Shown here piece after piece: positions 49,560 to 63,004 of a DNA stretch of 64,000 bases. A model generated the notes under the pieces. The model was not told where the DNA came from. It saw nothing but the letters and a program-made list of their open reading frames with translations, and searched no databases. The translations under genes were made by a program, and so were the position numbers. Position 1 is the first letter of the stretch, and each line of letters starts with the position of its first letter. This DNA is from Stegostoma tigrinum (Eukaryota): NCBI RefSeq assembly GCF_030684315.1, contig NC_081397.1:13230421-13294420 (forward strand), read 5' to 3'.

Positions 49560-49575
49560 GGCTCTTCTCAGAGCC
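49560..49575 (+). terminator. Histone 3' stem-loop (H1 copy 2)
   Basis: CCAAA-GGCTCTTCTCAGAGCC-GCCCA, then HDE caggaaggagctg. Confidence 0.93.
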
Positions 49576-49623
49576 GCCCACATCTCTCAGGAAGGAGCTG
49601 AGCCTGGATCGAATGATCCCTGT

Positions 49624-49805
49624 GATAACATGGTGTAGAGCTGGATGACCATAACAGGCCAAGCAGCATCAGAGGAGCAGGAAAGCTGACGTTTCGGGCC
49701 CAGATCCTTCTTCCTGCTTCTCTGGTGCTGCTCGGCTTGCTCTGTCCATCCGACTCTACCCCTTGTTATTTCAGATTGTCCAGCATCTGTAATTCCGTCT
49801 GTGTC
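49624..49805. mobile_element. pLTR-derived hairpin element inserted just past the H1 HDE
   Basis: TSD TCGAATGAT(C/G)CCTGT at 49609-49623 and 49806-49820. Empty site at ~23112-23126. Confidence 0.75.
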
Positions 49806-50389
49806 TCGAATGATGCCTGTCCCGGTTCCGAGTGCAGACACAGCATAAACTTGAATTGATTCGAGTAACTTAAATATCACATTTCCGAGAGCAGAGACTG
49901 AGAATGGGGAAAGTATCACATGGGGAGGGTCACTGGAACTGCATCTGGCTATTTCATACCGCGACTTGTAATTCTGCCCAGACACAAATCTTACATAATG
50001 CAGTATATGCATCTCATTAACCCTTCTAGGAATGTTAACTTGTTTAATTTTGATGACAGGACCACTGGCGATGTTTTAATGGTGTATTCCTCCCATTTAC
50101 CTGCGAAAGACATTTCAGGCAGTAATTACAAATTGTGTTCGGAATGCTTACAATCTGGGCGAAATAAACATGTCCCGAAAAAAGGGGATTTTGCAATTAA
50201 TCGCTTTGAAGAAGTTTAATTCGGCGTGTTTGATAAGATTGATGAACCACGGTTCCACGGCCGGTTGATCAGTTTGCCTGGACTGTCTCAAACTCCGCGC
50301 TTCCCTCCTGCCTGTTCCAGACAGATCAGGCAATGATCCCGTGTTCTGTCCGCGCTCTGGGCAAAATCGGTTTGAAACAAATTGATGTT

Positions 50390-50505
50390 AGCAGCGCATG
50401 CGCGTTCCTGCCTCCCAAACCAATGACGCCGGCAACCGACGAGAGAAGCGCATGCGTGAGGCCCACCCGCAGCGCTGCCATTGAGGAGCATTGACTCAGT
50501 GAGTG
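50390..50505 (+). promoter_or_regulatory. CpG promoter C with two NRF1-type motifs, CCAAT/CRE and an AP-1 site
   Basis: GCGCATGCGC 50394-50403, CCAATGACG ~50420, GCGCATGCGT 50448-50457, TGACTCA ~50492. Confidence 0.6.
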
Positions 50506-50532
50506 GAAGAGGTTTGTTTGAAACAGGCCGCA

Positions 50533-50596
50533 ATGGAGAGACCAGCGCCCAGGGAAGCGAGGGAACAGCAGGCTCCTTCCAGCAGCGCATCGAGAT
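50533..50596 (+). CDS. Candidate first coding segment of unannotated spliced gene, copy C
   Basis: GCCGCAATGG...TCGAGAT|GTGAGT. Identical to copies A and B. Confidence 0.4.
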
Positions 50597-51374
50597 GTGA
50601 GTCTGGGACACAGAGGGGGCTCCGTTCAGGGAGAACCGGGGGCTGTTGTTACGATGCGGAGCGGAGCAGGAACTGATCCCGGAACTTGGAGTGAGCGGCC
50701 TGTGGGTGGGGAGAGAGAGGCCTTTCTCGGGCAGTGTGTGGGCCTGCGGAGGGAGACACAACGGCAAGAAGTTGCTGGGGGGTTAGTCTTGTGGCTTTCA
50801 TCCTCTAAACTGGGATGGAAATGCATTGTTTGGTGTTTCACGCTGTTAGCTGCCAGTTGTGGGGGGTTCCTGTGAAGGACGTAGATTGGAGTTAACAGAT
50901 TATACGTCTCGGGGGGAGGTGGGAAAACACACTTGAAATCGCGGCTCCTGTTCTTTTCAACAGTCAGTGTGTTGGGATCTGGTAACACGAGCTGTGTCAA
51001 CAGTGTAGCATCTTCAGGTCGCACCTTAGATGGAGCTGTGCAATTATTGCTCAGTTTCTGTATCTCACTCCGTTGGTATTGAATTACATATTTTAAAATT
51101 CCTCAGACAAGGAGCAGCTCGATGTAAGAATGGAATCAGACTTGTGTTTGAATTGATTCCTTTAAAGAAAAGACTGTGTCAAGAGAATTCTATGTTGTGG
51201 TCCATCAGGACTACTTAAAATCATTAAGCTTTTGGAGTTCTGTTGCTTTGGGAGGTCAAGTTCAAGAAATGAAACGCCCTAATGACTGTTCACTGAATAT
51301 ATGTTAATCTGATTGATATTGTCAAATTTGGCTGATGTTGATTTACAGGAGATAACTCTTCTGTCTTCCTCCAG

Positions 51375-51446
51375 GCAAATTCTCAAAGAAACAACATTTC
51401 CTTGTTAGAAAGCCAAGTGTGAGCAGTTGCTTCTAACTAACACCAG
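51375..51446 (+). other. Candidate exon 2 (72 nt) of spliced unit C, GC-type donor
   Basis: ctcttctgtcttcctccAG|GCAAATTC...ACACCAG|GCatgt. Confidence 0.4.
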
Positions 51447-51719
51447 GCATGTTCCTGCAATCAGAATGGAGAACATCTTTTCCATAGTCAGAGTGGATTG
51501 GATCAGACTTGTATTGAGCTCAATTTCCAGAGACTTGTCTGAGGAAAGGCAAGTTTTTTTTTGTTTTTCATTGTCAATTGGAACTAGCATGATGTGAATT
51601 AATATCATTTGTAGCCCATTAACATTTAAATCATGTTTGAAAGGTTAACATCTGACTCCTTGTTGAAAGTACTGAAAACAGGAACTGGATCAAGTTTGCA
51701 TTTAGAAAAGGTATTTTAT

Positions 51720-53650
51720 AATATCTCAAACCGGATAGAGAGAGTGTCCTCCTACCACCCCTTTGATCATGACCCTGCCCCAATCGCCAAAACATCATCA
51801 TCTCACAGACCATCCACAACCTCAGCACCTCAGGCACTCTCCCGCCAACAGCCTCTGACCTCATCTTTCCCCAACGCCATATTAACTGTTTCTGCATCAA
51901 TCTCAAAATCCACAAACCCAACTGCCCCTGTTGACCCGTTTCCTCTGTGACCCTGTCCCACCGAACTCATCTCCAATTATCTCAACTCCATTTTCTCTCG
52001 CTCTCCGTGCCCCTGCCCCTGGACCAGGAACTCCCCACCTAAATCTGTGACACCACCAACATCATCTCCTTCAAATCCTCCCACTTTCTGCAGTCAAAGT
52101 GGGTGGCCATGGGTACCCGCGTGGGCCCAAGCTATTCCTGCCTCTTGTAGGATTCATGGACCAGCCCCTCTTCTGCAGCTGTACTGGCCCCATCCCCACC
52201 TCTTCCTCCGTTATTTTGATGACTGTATCGGTGCCACCTCGTGCTCCCACAAGGAACTCACAGTTCATCCACTTTACTGACACCTTCCACCCCAAGTTTA
52301 ACTTCACCTGAACCATCTTAAATATATCTCTCTCCTTCCTGGACCACTCCGTTTGAATTTCTGGCAACCACCTGGAAACTGGTAACTAATTCAATCCGAC
52401 CGATTCCCACAGCTACCTAGAATACACTTCCCCTCCCCTCCCCTACCTGGCTGCAAAAATGCCATCCCCCATTCCCAATTCCTTCCTCTGTGTCATCTGC
52501 TCCTGAGATGAGGCATTCCACTCCAGGCCATTGCAGATGTCCTTGTTTTTCAAGGACTGCCAAATTCCCCTCCTCAGTGGCTGAATATGCCCTTGACCTC
52601 ATCGCTCTCATTTCTGCAACTTGTCCCTTGCACCCCCTCTCCACAATAACAACAAAGTCAGAATCTCCTTTGTCATCACGTATCACTCCATCAAACTCTG
52701 GGTTCAATGCACCTTCCTCTGCCACCTTCAATCTCACCCCAATCCCAAGGACATTTTCCCAACCCCACCCTTATATGCCTTCCAGAGGGACTGCTCTCTC
52801 TGACTCCCTCGTCCGCTCCACGCTCCACACTAGCCCCACCGCCCCTGTCACATTTCACTGGAACCACAGGAAGTGCTACACCTGCCCCGACATCTCTCCC
52901 CTTGTCCCAAGAAAACCTTCCATGTTAAACAGATGTTCATCTGTATGTCCGCTAATACATTTTGTTGTGTCCACTGTTCCTGATGTGGCCCCCTCTACAT
53001 TGGGGAAACCAAGCGGAGGCTTGGAAACCACTTTGTTGAACACCTACGCTCACATCGTGACAAACGACTGCACCTCCCCAGTCATGACCCACTTCAACAC
53101 CCCCTCCCACCCCTTGGACAACATATCCATCCTAGGCCGCCTCCAGTGCCACAACGTTGCCTCCGGAAGGCTGCACGATCTGCAGCTCATATTTCACTTG
53201 GGAGCCCTGCAGCACAATGTTCTCAACGTGGGCTTCAAAATCTCTCCACACCAAACTCATCCAGCACATCCCTGCCTCCTTGACCTGTCCATCTTTTCTC
53301 CGACCAATCTGCTTCTCCCACCTCACTGATCAACCCCCACCGGCACTTCATCCTCCTAAACTTATCCCTGCCTCCTTGACCTGTCAGCCTTCCCTCAACC
53401 CATATCCGAACTCCCTCCCTACACTTACCGTTACTGGCTCCAGCCCTGCCTCCTTGACTGGCCATCTTCTCTCCACCTATCTGGTCCTTTATCCACCTTT
53501 TGTCATCATCTCCTCACTTCTCTCTATTCATTGCAGAGTCCCTTTCTCTTCCCCCATTTCTGACAAAAGGGTCCAGTCCAGAAATGTCAGCTCTCCTGCT
53601 CCTCTGCTGCCTGACCTGCTGTGTTCATCCAGCTCTACACCATGTTACCC
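51720..53650 (+). mobile_element. Older, longer Penelope-like element (RT + GIY-YIG remnants)
   Basis: Frameshifted RT motifs GVAMGTRVGPSY and LFLRYFDDCIG (~52100-52235). DSLVRSTL...RKCYTCP and a YIGETK-like segment. Degenerate pLTR at ~53555-53650. Confidence 0.85.
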
Positions 53651-54779
53651 CCTCAAAGAAAAACATCATGTTACATAGTTTGAACAACCATGTCTGACAA
53701 GTAGCAAATCACTACTGAGCACGTGCAGACACATAGACAAAGCTGCTGACTGAGTCCCAGATATGCTCATTGTATCAACACATAACATACAAAGACTGGG
53801 TATACATTGTTGTCATACACACTGCAGGTAACAGAAGCAAATACATAAGAAATGTTTAGAGCTCTTTTTTTAAGAAAAGCAAGAGAGTCTACCAGACAGA
53901 AAAAAATACCTTTCAGCCCATCGGGGCAATAGTAGACAAAAACAAGCACCTGACAATTCTGATCCCATTCAGCCAGCATTCCATTTCAATAAGTGTGTCA
54001 TGGCAGTATACGATTTGCCAACCCCAACCTTATCACAATGTGATTCTCAACGTGTTCACCTTCAGGAATAGAAACTATATTTTCCATCTGTCTTGCAAAG
54101 CTTCTTTTTTTTTGGGCGGGAGGAAGCATTGAAGTGAATTTGGCAACTAAGTTAAACAGTTGTTTACAGTGTCACTTACTCCTCCGAATGAAATATCGCA
54201 GAAGTGAGCAGGAAAACAGAATGCTGTTTCTACACATGAATGATGTAATCACCATTTAAAGCAATGAAGAATGATCCATTTAACTGAATCTTGTAATTGT
54301 CAAATTTTTACTTTTTTCACAAAGAGTTCGACCATGTTCAATAAGTTTAAATCTTCTCCACTGTAAGACAGAAAATACAAGTCCTTTTTCTTTCTTCATC
54401 CCCACCACAGTGCATTGTAAGAGTATTGCTAATGCCATGTGCCATCACACAACAGAGCAGGGTTCTGTAATATCCGTGGTAGTATAATTAAGTGAATTAG
54501 CCGATCCCCTTCCCTGTAGAAGGAACCTCGTGGTCATTCAGCTGAATACAGTTGATTTGTTCATTGCCTTTTTCCTTTAGACTCAAAGAAAGGAATGCCA
54601 CATCAATCTATTCCTTCAGCATTATTCACAAAATTATGTTACTGTGCACTCAGAAAAGCTGATGCCATCTTGAAGAACAGCCCTTGATATAATTTCTGTC
54701 GGTTAGACTCTGCACTTTTGGAGTTACAAAACCTTTTGCTTTTACATTACACAACCCATTGCACAAAACAAATGCATGG

Positions 54780-57560
54780 AGCAATAACTGACAGGTACAG
54801 GCTGATAACTGCACTCCTACGTTCTTAAAGCAGAAACTGACAGGCTTGGGTTGATAACTAAACTCAGAGATTCACAAAGCAGCAGCTGACATGTACAGAT
54901 TGATAACTGTACTTTGATATTCACAGAGCAGAAACAGACAGCGAAAGATTGACATCTGTACTCTTATTCATGTGGTGGAAAAATTATATGTACAGATTTC
55001 TAGCTCCACTCATTGATACATACAGTAGAAACTGACAAGGATAAATTATTTATATTTCTATACCAGGACTGGCAAATCCCAATTGTTAAGCACATTCACA
55101 GAACACTCACTGGCTGATAGGGCATTTATCAATCTTTCCCGGAAATAGTCATGTAACAGAGACTACCAGTTACAGATTTATAACTGCACACTCAGACACA
55201 CAGAGCGGAAACTGACAGGGACTGACTGGTAAATGGACTCAGACATTCACATGGCATTTACTGACAGAACTTTTGATTACAAATCTATCATATCTACACA
55301 GCAAAAACTGACAGAAACAGATTAATAATAAAACTCCCAGTTTCATATTTGTTTAAACTGACAGGTACAGTTTGATAACTATCAGATTTTCACAGCAGAA
55401 TCTGACAATAACTGATCGATTACTAAACTCAGATTGACAAGCAAATACAAAACAGGTATAGAAGTGACAACTACACTCATGCATTGACCACCAGCAACTG
55501 ATGTGTAGGTGCACAACTACACTCATTCACATGGCAGTAACAGAGAGCTACAGCTTAATAACTACAGTCACCCACCTGCATTACAGTAACTGTCAGGGGC
55601 AGGTTGATAACACTCACACATTGATGTGACAGAAACTGACATGTACTGATAATAACTAAACCCATCTATGGATACAGCAGAAACTGATGGAGACTGATAA
55701 TTGCACTTCCATTATCATTGCAGAAACTGAGATTTATAACTGCACCCTCTCATTCACATGGCAAAAACTGAGTGTACAGATTTGATAACCATAGCCACAC
55801 ATTTGCTTTGCAATATGTGACAGGGATGGGATAATCCTTCCTGCAAAATGTTACAAGAAAGCAAGAGAACAATGTCATTTGTTCAAATGATCAACATAGC
55901 TTCCCGCAAAATCCCGATATCCTGAAAATCTACAATAATCTGATTAGGTCCTGCCAATTTAGCCACCTTTTGGGTTTTTTTGTCCCTGACTCTAACACCA
56001 CCTGTTAGGTCATGTGGACTGTTTTCAAGACATCCATATTTATTTCCCCAAGTTCCCGAGCCTCCACAAGGACAGAATGATAACTAAACTCATGTTCACG
56101 TAAAAGAAACATGGGGAGAGAATGCTAATTACTCACATTCACAAAGTTGAAACTGACAAGTGCAGATGAATAACTGCGCTCAGATTTGCAGAGCAGACGT
56201 TGATGGTGTCAGCACGATATCTGCTCTCGATACTTTGAGAGCAGAATGTGACAGTGTATGTTCATAACAGAACTCTTACTTTCACCTTGCAGAAACTGAC
56301 AGGTATTGATTAACTGCACTCAGATTGACAAAGCAAAAACTGACAGGAACAATTTGATAAATACACTCTTAGCAGAAACTGACAGATCAGTTGTCTCATG
56401 GTGACATTGTAAAGCAAGAAAAATTGGTAACTGCCATTATATACGGCATTGCAGAAATTGACAGATACAGGATGATAACTTTTAACACGTTAACAAAACA
56501 GTGACTGGAAGAGACAGATTGATAACTGCATTCTGACATTTTTTTTGTTTTGAAAATATATTGATGGGATGTGTGTGTTATGGACTATCCTTAATTGTGC
56601 ACAGAAGGCAGTTCAGTGCCAACCACATTGCTGTGGGTCTGGGATCACATGTAGGCCAGACGAGGGAAGGATGGGAGACTTGGTTCCCAAAAGGCTGTGA
56701 GAGGACCAGATTTATTTTTGTGGAGAATTGTCACTCAACTTTTTTCTTAGTTTATTGTTGAATTTTAATTCAATAATCTGCTATGATGGGACTTGAACTG
56801 CGGTCGCAGAATAATATCTAGCTCTGGAATAATAGTCCAACGACAATGCTAGTAGACTATTACCTTTTCTCCTCACATTCACAGAGTTGAACCTGACAGT
56901 TATGGATTGGTAACTACACTCTCAAATTCACTGAGCTAAACGTGACAGAATAGATTGGTGACCGCACCCTCATAAACAGAGGATGCTGACAGGAGCGGAT
57001 TGATAACTGTATGCACAAATACACATTGCAAAATTTGGCACAGACAAATTGATAGATGCACTCCCACATTAGAAACCGGAAACTGATGGACGGAAGGTAA
57101 TAACAAATTAATTAATAATTCACAGCAGAAACTTACCGGTATAATCCTGATAATTACACAAGAATATTCACTGGGGAGACACTGACAAGGTTCAGATTGA
57201 TAATGACAATCATATTCACACAACAGAAATTGATTGGTGTGCACTGAAAAGCACACTCACATAATTACAGAACAGAAACTGACAATCACAGATGGATAAC
57301 TACATTTTCATATGCACATGTCTGAAAATGACTGTTACGATTCAATGAATATGGTTGCATTTTTACAAGCAGAAACATTGAGGGTTACGTTAACAACTGC
57401 ACCCACACATTCAAAGCTCGGAACTGACAGGTAAACATGAAAAACCAAGCTCGTGTTGACATAGCAGAAACTGAGAAGCACAGTCTGAATCCTACTGTCT
57501 TCCATTCAGATAGCAGAAAACGACTGGCACAGATGGATAAGTATACTCACATTGCAGACA
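54780..57560. repeat. Long degenerate ~49-bp tandem repeat array, reverse orientation
   Basis: gcagaaactgacaggtacagattgataactgcactc... units, the reverse complement of the arrays in units A and B. Contains a SINE at ~56555-56870. Confidence 0.85.
56555..56870 (-). mobile_element. tRNA-derived SINE (decayed), same family as 15125-15495
   Basis: Core ccacattgctgtgggtctgggatcacatgtaggccagac. Confidence 0.6.
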
Positions 57561-58073
57561 CTGACACGAACATTCCCACAACACAAACAATCAGGTAAAG
57601 ACTTACAATGGCATTCTCATATTTACAAAGGGGGAAAAAAAATCACAGTCAAGTCCAATTTGATAACTTCTCAAATAAACACAGGGCAGAATCTCACAGG
57701 TCCCCGTCAGTCTCTGCTGTGTGAATACATAAGTAATCTAACAAAGGCTCACTAATGTGTGAGACATGAATAGATCAACAAATAAACTCATATCTACAGA
57801 CCCACTCACATTGTGTAGTCCATTCATGGATCTGGACACTTAGTTTGTTTCTGGACTTCACTCAATTGGTATGGAATTAACAAAAAGAAAAATCACAAGA
57901 CAAAGAAGCAGCTCAGAGCAAGAGTGGAATCAAACACCTAAATTCTGTCCAGATTCCTGGCTTGAAATTAAATATTGTAATGATTATTAACTGAATATTG
58001 CATTGATCAATGAAATATTATTAAACTTGGCTGATGATGATTTACAGGAGAGTTCTCTTCTGTCTTCCTCCAG

Positions 58074-58155
58074 GCAAATACTTGAGGGACTAAGAGAAAG
58101 TAATATTCCCTCGGTACAAAGCCAAGTGTGACCAGCTGCTTCTAACAAACAGAAG
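58074..58155 (+). other. Candidate 82-nt cassette exon of unit C
   Basis: ttctcttctgtcttcctccAG|GCAAATAC...ACAGAAG|GTatgt. Confidence 0.55.
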
Positions 58156-58379
58156 GTATGTTACCGCTGTTAGAGCAGAGAGCATCTTCTCCACAGTCAC
58201 AGAGTAGATTGAGTCAGACACACATTGAGGACAATTTCCAGTGAGATTTGTTCAAACAGCACAAAGGAAATACAAGTTTATTGTTTTTTTTTCCACCATT
58301 CACAATGCACACCTGCCCAGTTGGAACAGATTTCAGCATTTAAAGTGTTTTGCAAGATCTGCAGCTCAGATAGTTGATA

Positions 58380-59210
58380 ATGTTAACTTGCTTGTTGAGC
58401 TGGCTTGCTTTTCTTCATACAAGTCATTGCCATGCTTGGTGGCATCATCAGTGGAGCCTCCAATGACTCAATGTTATTCCACTCCCCATGGAATTTATAC
58501 TGTATGGTCCATTATGGTGAGTACTGTCACTTCTGGTTTTGATCTGTCTGAGTTTTCATATATGGGATCCGATTCTATAATCTTGTTGATTGAAGTATGC
58601 ATGGAAAACCATGCCTCTCGGAATTCCTGCGTCTGTGTTTGGCTTGGGCTACCATGGTTACTTTGTCACATGTTAACCTGATGGCCTTTATTGTCTGAAT
58701 ATGTGATACATTCAGACAACCAAGGCCATCAGTTAAAATAGGACAAAGTAACCGTATTAAAAACAAAGAACTGTGGATGCTGTAAATCAGGAACAAAAGA
58801 CAACCTTGCTGGAAAAGCTCTGCAGCTCAGCAGTAACTGGTTCTGAGGAAAGGTTACTGGACCCGAAAGGCTAAGTCTCTGTTTTTCCCTTCACCGATGC
58901 TGCCTGACCTGCTGAGCTTTTCCAGCACCTTTTTGTTTTTGTTGGATAAAGTAACCATAGCAGCCTAAGCCAAACATGTACAGGAATTCCTAGAGACATT
59001 GTTCTCCACACAAACATAGAATTGGACCACATGTATAAACCTGTATAGATCAAATCTTTCATGACAGTATTCAGCATAACAGGCCTGACAGTGTAAATTC
59101 CAAGCAGAGGAGAATAATGTTGCATCATCAGAGGCTCTACTGATGATGACACCTCGCATGCTGGCAAAACGTCTGAACAAAAACAAGCCAGCTCGTCAAT
59201 AACGTCACAT
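58380..59210. mobile_element. Old inverted-arm Penelope-like insertion with a nested hairpin element
   Basis: 58395-58670 is an inverted copy of 58945-59195. Degenerate core ctgatgatgacacctcgcatgctggcaaaacgtc at ~59140-59173. Confidence 0.6.
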
Positions 59211-59389
59211 TTCTGCATTCATAGCCCTTTGACATTTACACCATTTTTGAAGATGGATAGACTGAATACTCGTCCAAAATATACACTTAAACTGAATCTA
59301 ATCTGCATTAGATCACTCTAATAACAGCTACCACATAATAAATTGCATCCTCACAGAGAATATTACTGGCTGCCAAAGTTCAGCCACGT

Positions 59390-60085
59390 TGACAGATAGA
59401 AACTGACAAGCATGCGTTGATATGTCTGCTTAATCATTCACCCTGTAGAAACAGGCAAAAACAGATTGATGACATTCACATATTGACATACGTTTTGCAA
59501 AAACCATTCTTAACTTAACATTATAAAAACCTATGTACAAATTAATATCTATGCTCATGTATCAAACTACACGTACCCAAATGATAACTACACTTACATA
59601 TCCACATCGTAGCAACAGGGAAGAACAGATTGTTGATAACACTCCAGTTTCACAGCATAACTTCACAGGTCCAATTTTATAAATGCATTTAAATATCCAC
59701 AGACTTAAAAAAAAACTGTTAGGTGCAGTGTGATAACTACACTCCAGTTTTCACAAGCAGATTCTCACAGGGACATATTGATTACTAACTTCAAGTATCC
59801 ATGAAGCAGAAACTGACAGGAACAGCTTGGTAATAACGCTCCCAATGTCATCCAGCTTGAACTGACAGGTACACTTTGATAAGTACATGCATATCAACAG
59901 TGCAGTATCTGACACCTATGTATTGGTCACTGCACACATACACACTCTCTCACACACACTCACTGAGCAGAAAATGAGAAATATAAATGGATGACTAAAC
60001 AGACAAGTTGACATTGCAGAAATTGACAGGCTAGATGGATAACTACACTCATATCTTGCAGCAGAAACTGACAGTGACACTGATT
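59390..60085. repeat. Degenerate ~49-bp tandem repeat array, reverse orientation
   Basis: agaaactgacagg...gataactacactc units. Confidence 0.7.
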
Positions 60086-60623
60086 GAAGAGCCTCAGTGG
60101 GAGAGAGAGTAAAATGTGTCTAATCAATAGAAAGCAAAAGGCACTGGTCAAAGTACATCAGTGCTCGTCTGTGACCGAGGTAATCCGAGTAAAACTGATA
60201 CCGAGACACGCTGGCAGGTGTCTGAGGAATGTATGAATAGTTTGGGTCTAGACATATTGGAGATTTGAAGAAGGACGTCAAACCTTTCGAGGAAACAACA
60301 AGTAAAGGGTCTTGACAGAACAGATGCTGGTATAAAGTCCTTAACAAGAAACACAAGCAAGAGAGAACATTCCCGAAGTCCCATGCTCATCAAGTTACGT
60401 CATTTCCAGGAGTGAAACACACCACTGTCTGATTTCAGTGCATTTTGTCACTGGCAATTAACGTGATGACATTTTTAAACAGAGGAGAAAAGAAAAACAT
60501 TATCAAAGATGCAGAAAAAATCGCGATTAGGATCTCACTATTTAGAGAAAGTTCGGAGTTTGATCCGTGTACAAAATTTCTGTTTGCGTTTGAAATTTCA
60601 CTGCAGTTCCTGGCAGATCCACG

Positions 60624-60817
60624 ATAACAAAGTGTGGAGCTGGATGAACGCAACAGGCCAAGCAGCATCTCAGGAGCGCAAAAGCTGACCTAGACCCTTA
60701 GGTCTAGATCCGAAACATCGGCTTTTGCGCTCCTGAGATGCTGCTTGGCGAGCTGTGTTCATCCGGCTCCACACTTTGTTGTCTCGGATTCTCCAGCATC
60801 TGCAGTTCCCACTATCT
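60624..60817. mobile_element. pLTR-derived hairpin element in the H2B upstream region
   Basis: Inverted arms. 14-bp TSD CTGGCAGATCCACG at 60610-60623 and 60818-60831. Confidence 0.85.
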
Positions 60818-60844
60818 CTGGCAGATCCACGTTGTGTCCCGCAC

Positions 60845-60955
60845 TAACCAATCACAGAGAAGTAGATTTGTCTGAAACTCTTAATCGAACCAATCAGTAA
60901 CAAGGCTTTCCCCCATCCCTCATTAGCATTGCTGACGCAATCAGGCTACAAAAGG
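60845..60955 (+). promoter_or_regulatory. H2B copy 2 promoter (two CCAAT boxes, octamer variant, CRE half-site, altered TATA)
   Basis: CCAAT ~60849 and ~60890, ATTAGCAT ~60922, TGACG ~60933, and TACAAAA ~60947 in place of TATAAAA. Confidence 0.75.
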
Positions 60956-61006
60956 CGAGCCCCGAGCCCGCTTTCCCTTATTCTGTGTCTGACAGTGAGC
61001 GCAGCG

Positions 61007-61384
61007 ATGGTGGAGGAGAAGAAAGGACAAGTTGCCAAGAAGGGCGCGAAGAAAGTGGTGAAGAGGGCGCCAGCGAAAGGCGGTAAGAAACGGAGAAGAT
61101 GTAGGAAAGAAAGTTACTGCATCTACATCTACAAAGTGATGAAGCAGGTTCACCCCGACACCGGCATCTCTTCCAAGGCGATGAGCATCATGAACTCGTT
61201 CGTCAACGATATTTTCGAGCGTATCGCGGGGGAGGCTTCCCGCCTGGCCCATTACAACAAGCGCAGCACCATCAGCTCCCGGGAGATCCAGACCGCGGTG
61301 CGGCTGCTGCTGCCCGGGGAGCTGGCCAAGCACGCCGTGTCGGAGGGTACAAAGGCGGTGACCAAGTACACCAGCTCCAAGTGA
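61007..61384 (+). CDS. H2B: Histone H2B variant (125 aa, two cysteines)
   Basis: MVEEKK...[25 protein letters not shown]...VTKYTSSK. Confidence 0.97.
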   Translation: MVEEKKGQVAKKGAKKVVKRAPAKGGKKRRRCRKESYCIYIYKVMKQVHPDTGISSKAMSIMNSFVNDIFERIAGEASRLAHYNKRSTISSREIQTAVRLLLPGELAKHAVSEGTKAVTKYTSSK

Positions 61385-61425
61385 GACCCCACATTGTGCA
61401 GAGAAAAACACATCCAAAACCCAAC

Positions 61426-61441
61426 GGCTCTTTTCAGAGCC
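61426..61441 (+). terminator. Histone 3' stem-loop (H2B copy 2)
   Basis: GGCTCTTTTCAGAGCC-ACCCA. Confidence 0.97.
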
Positions 61442-63004
61442 ACCCACAATTTCAATGAAGCAGTTGAACCATTTTTCGTTTGTAAATGATTCTCGGTATC
61501 TATAATTAATGTCCCTAATCTTTATCTTTGTTTACACAAACGTTCTAAAAATTAATGTGCTGGTCCCTGTCCCTTTCTCCGTTACTTTCGGTTGCCTTCC
61601 TACCCAGTCTCTCCTCCCTCCCTGCACAGATGCATATTTATCGTCACTCAGTCATTTTTTCCAGCACCTACTTTATGTTCCAGTTATTATTTACCCCATG
61701 ATCAGGAATTTCACCCCCTGGAAAGAAAACTAACTGCTCGAGTCCCACGAACATATTTTGCAGAATACTTGTCATTGAGGATTTCAGCTGTGGGTGAGAG
61801 GCTTTCAAAATGAACTGAGATAAAGCCCGAGCCAGGATTGCAGTCGCAAGTGTGAAACTGTGTTCAAGGACAATATGGGAGGGCAACTTCAAACTATTGT
61901 TTCAAGTTTTAACCCGCTCACCCGGAAGAAAAACGTTGTGTACGTTTTTATAAATACATCAATGTTAAAGTGAATTAAATTCAAAGAAAAATTAAACTGT
62001 TCATTCCTCTTTGTGAAACTCCCCCCACCCCACCACATATCCTACATGTTGGTTTTTTTTTCAAATTTGTCCCAATAGGGTATGAACGCTGGATTTCACC
62101 CGCGAAAAATTATGATCTCTTATTTGAGTCCCATTAGTAGAAATGTCGTGCGATTCCTTTTTCAATTTCCAAATCTGTCAGGGAATTTATCCGATTTTTT
62201 TTCAGTTTGCAGTGTGTGGGGCTTTCTGCTGTCGGTGAGAGGCTTTCAAAATGAACCGAGACCGTCCGGAAAGACTGATCCAGCCCAATAAGTGAGGGCT
62301 ATTTTACAATGTTTTCGGAAAACGGTGTTGCTTAGGGAGTGGCAGAGAGAGATTATGTGAAGTGAACATTTTTAACTGAAAGGAAATTAAATCGTGGCCA
62401 TTAATGCAAAAATACTTGTAAAACCTCTTCCTCGTATTGCCCATGTTGGCGGGCTTTTTAAATCGCAAAGAAAACGGTTGAATATTGGCGCCGGTATTTT
62501 TCTACGGTTTCCACGCAGAGGAATTTTGTTTTATTTTTAAAATCTCCCCGCGGGTTCTATCCAGTTTTGCAGAAAGCTATAAATGAGGCTTTCTGCTGTC
62601 GGCGGGAAAATTTCCAAGTGAACCGAGATAAAAGCAGAACAGCTGCCGGACTGGCATCGCAAAAGTAGAAATATTGTTGATCTTGTGCAACAGGGAGCGC
62701 GATTGTAAAATATTGTTTAAAGCAGTATTGAGTTCAACGAGAAAGAAAAAGTTGTGTGATACTTTTATCATTATATCCGGGTGCTGATGTGAATTAAATT
62801 AAATTAAAGCTGTGCAGAGAATAACTTTCGGCGGGCTTTTCTTTCCCCCTTCCGCTTAATCTTGTTTTTTGGGGGGCGGGGTAACTTCAAGATTGAAAAC
62901 AGACGGATTTAACAAGGCCGGGGAATCAGACAGAGATGGTGTGAAGTGTACAAGTGTATTCTAAAAGTATATTATCTGAAGTATGAACGCATTTTTCCTT
63001 GTTT

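Noticed and set aside
54780-57560. Repeat array resembling CRISPR or a decayed zinc-finger array
   Set aside because: The DNA is eukaryotic, the whole unit is degenerate with no unique spacers, and the 49-nt period is neither 84 nt nor a multiple of 3.
58031-58047. C/D-box snoRNA suggested by ATGATGA near the cassette exon
   Set aside because: The other copies read TGTTGA, and no paired D box or terminal stem was evident.
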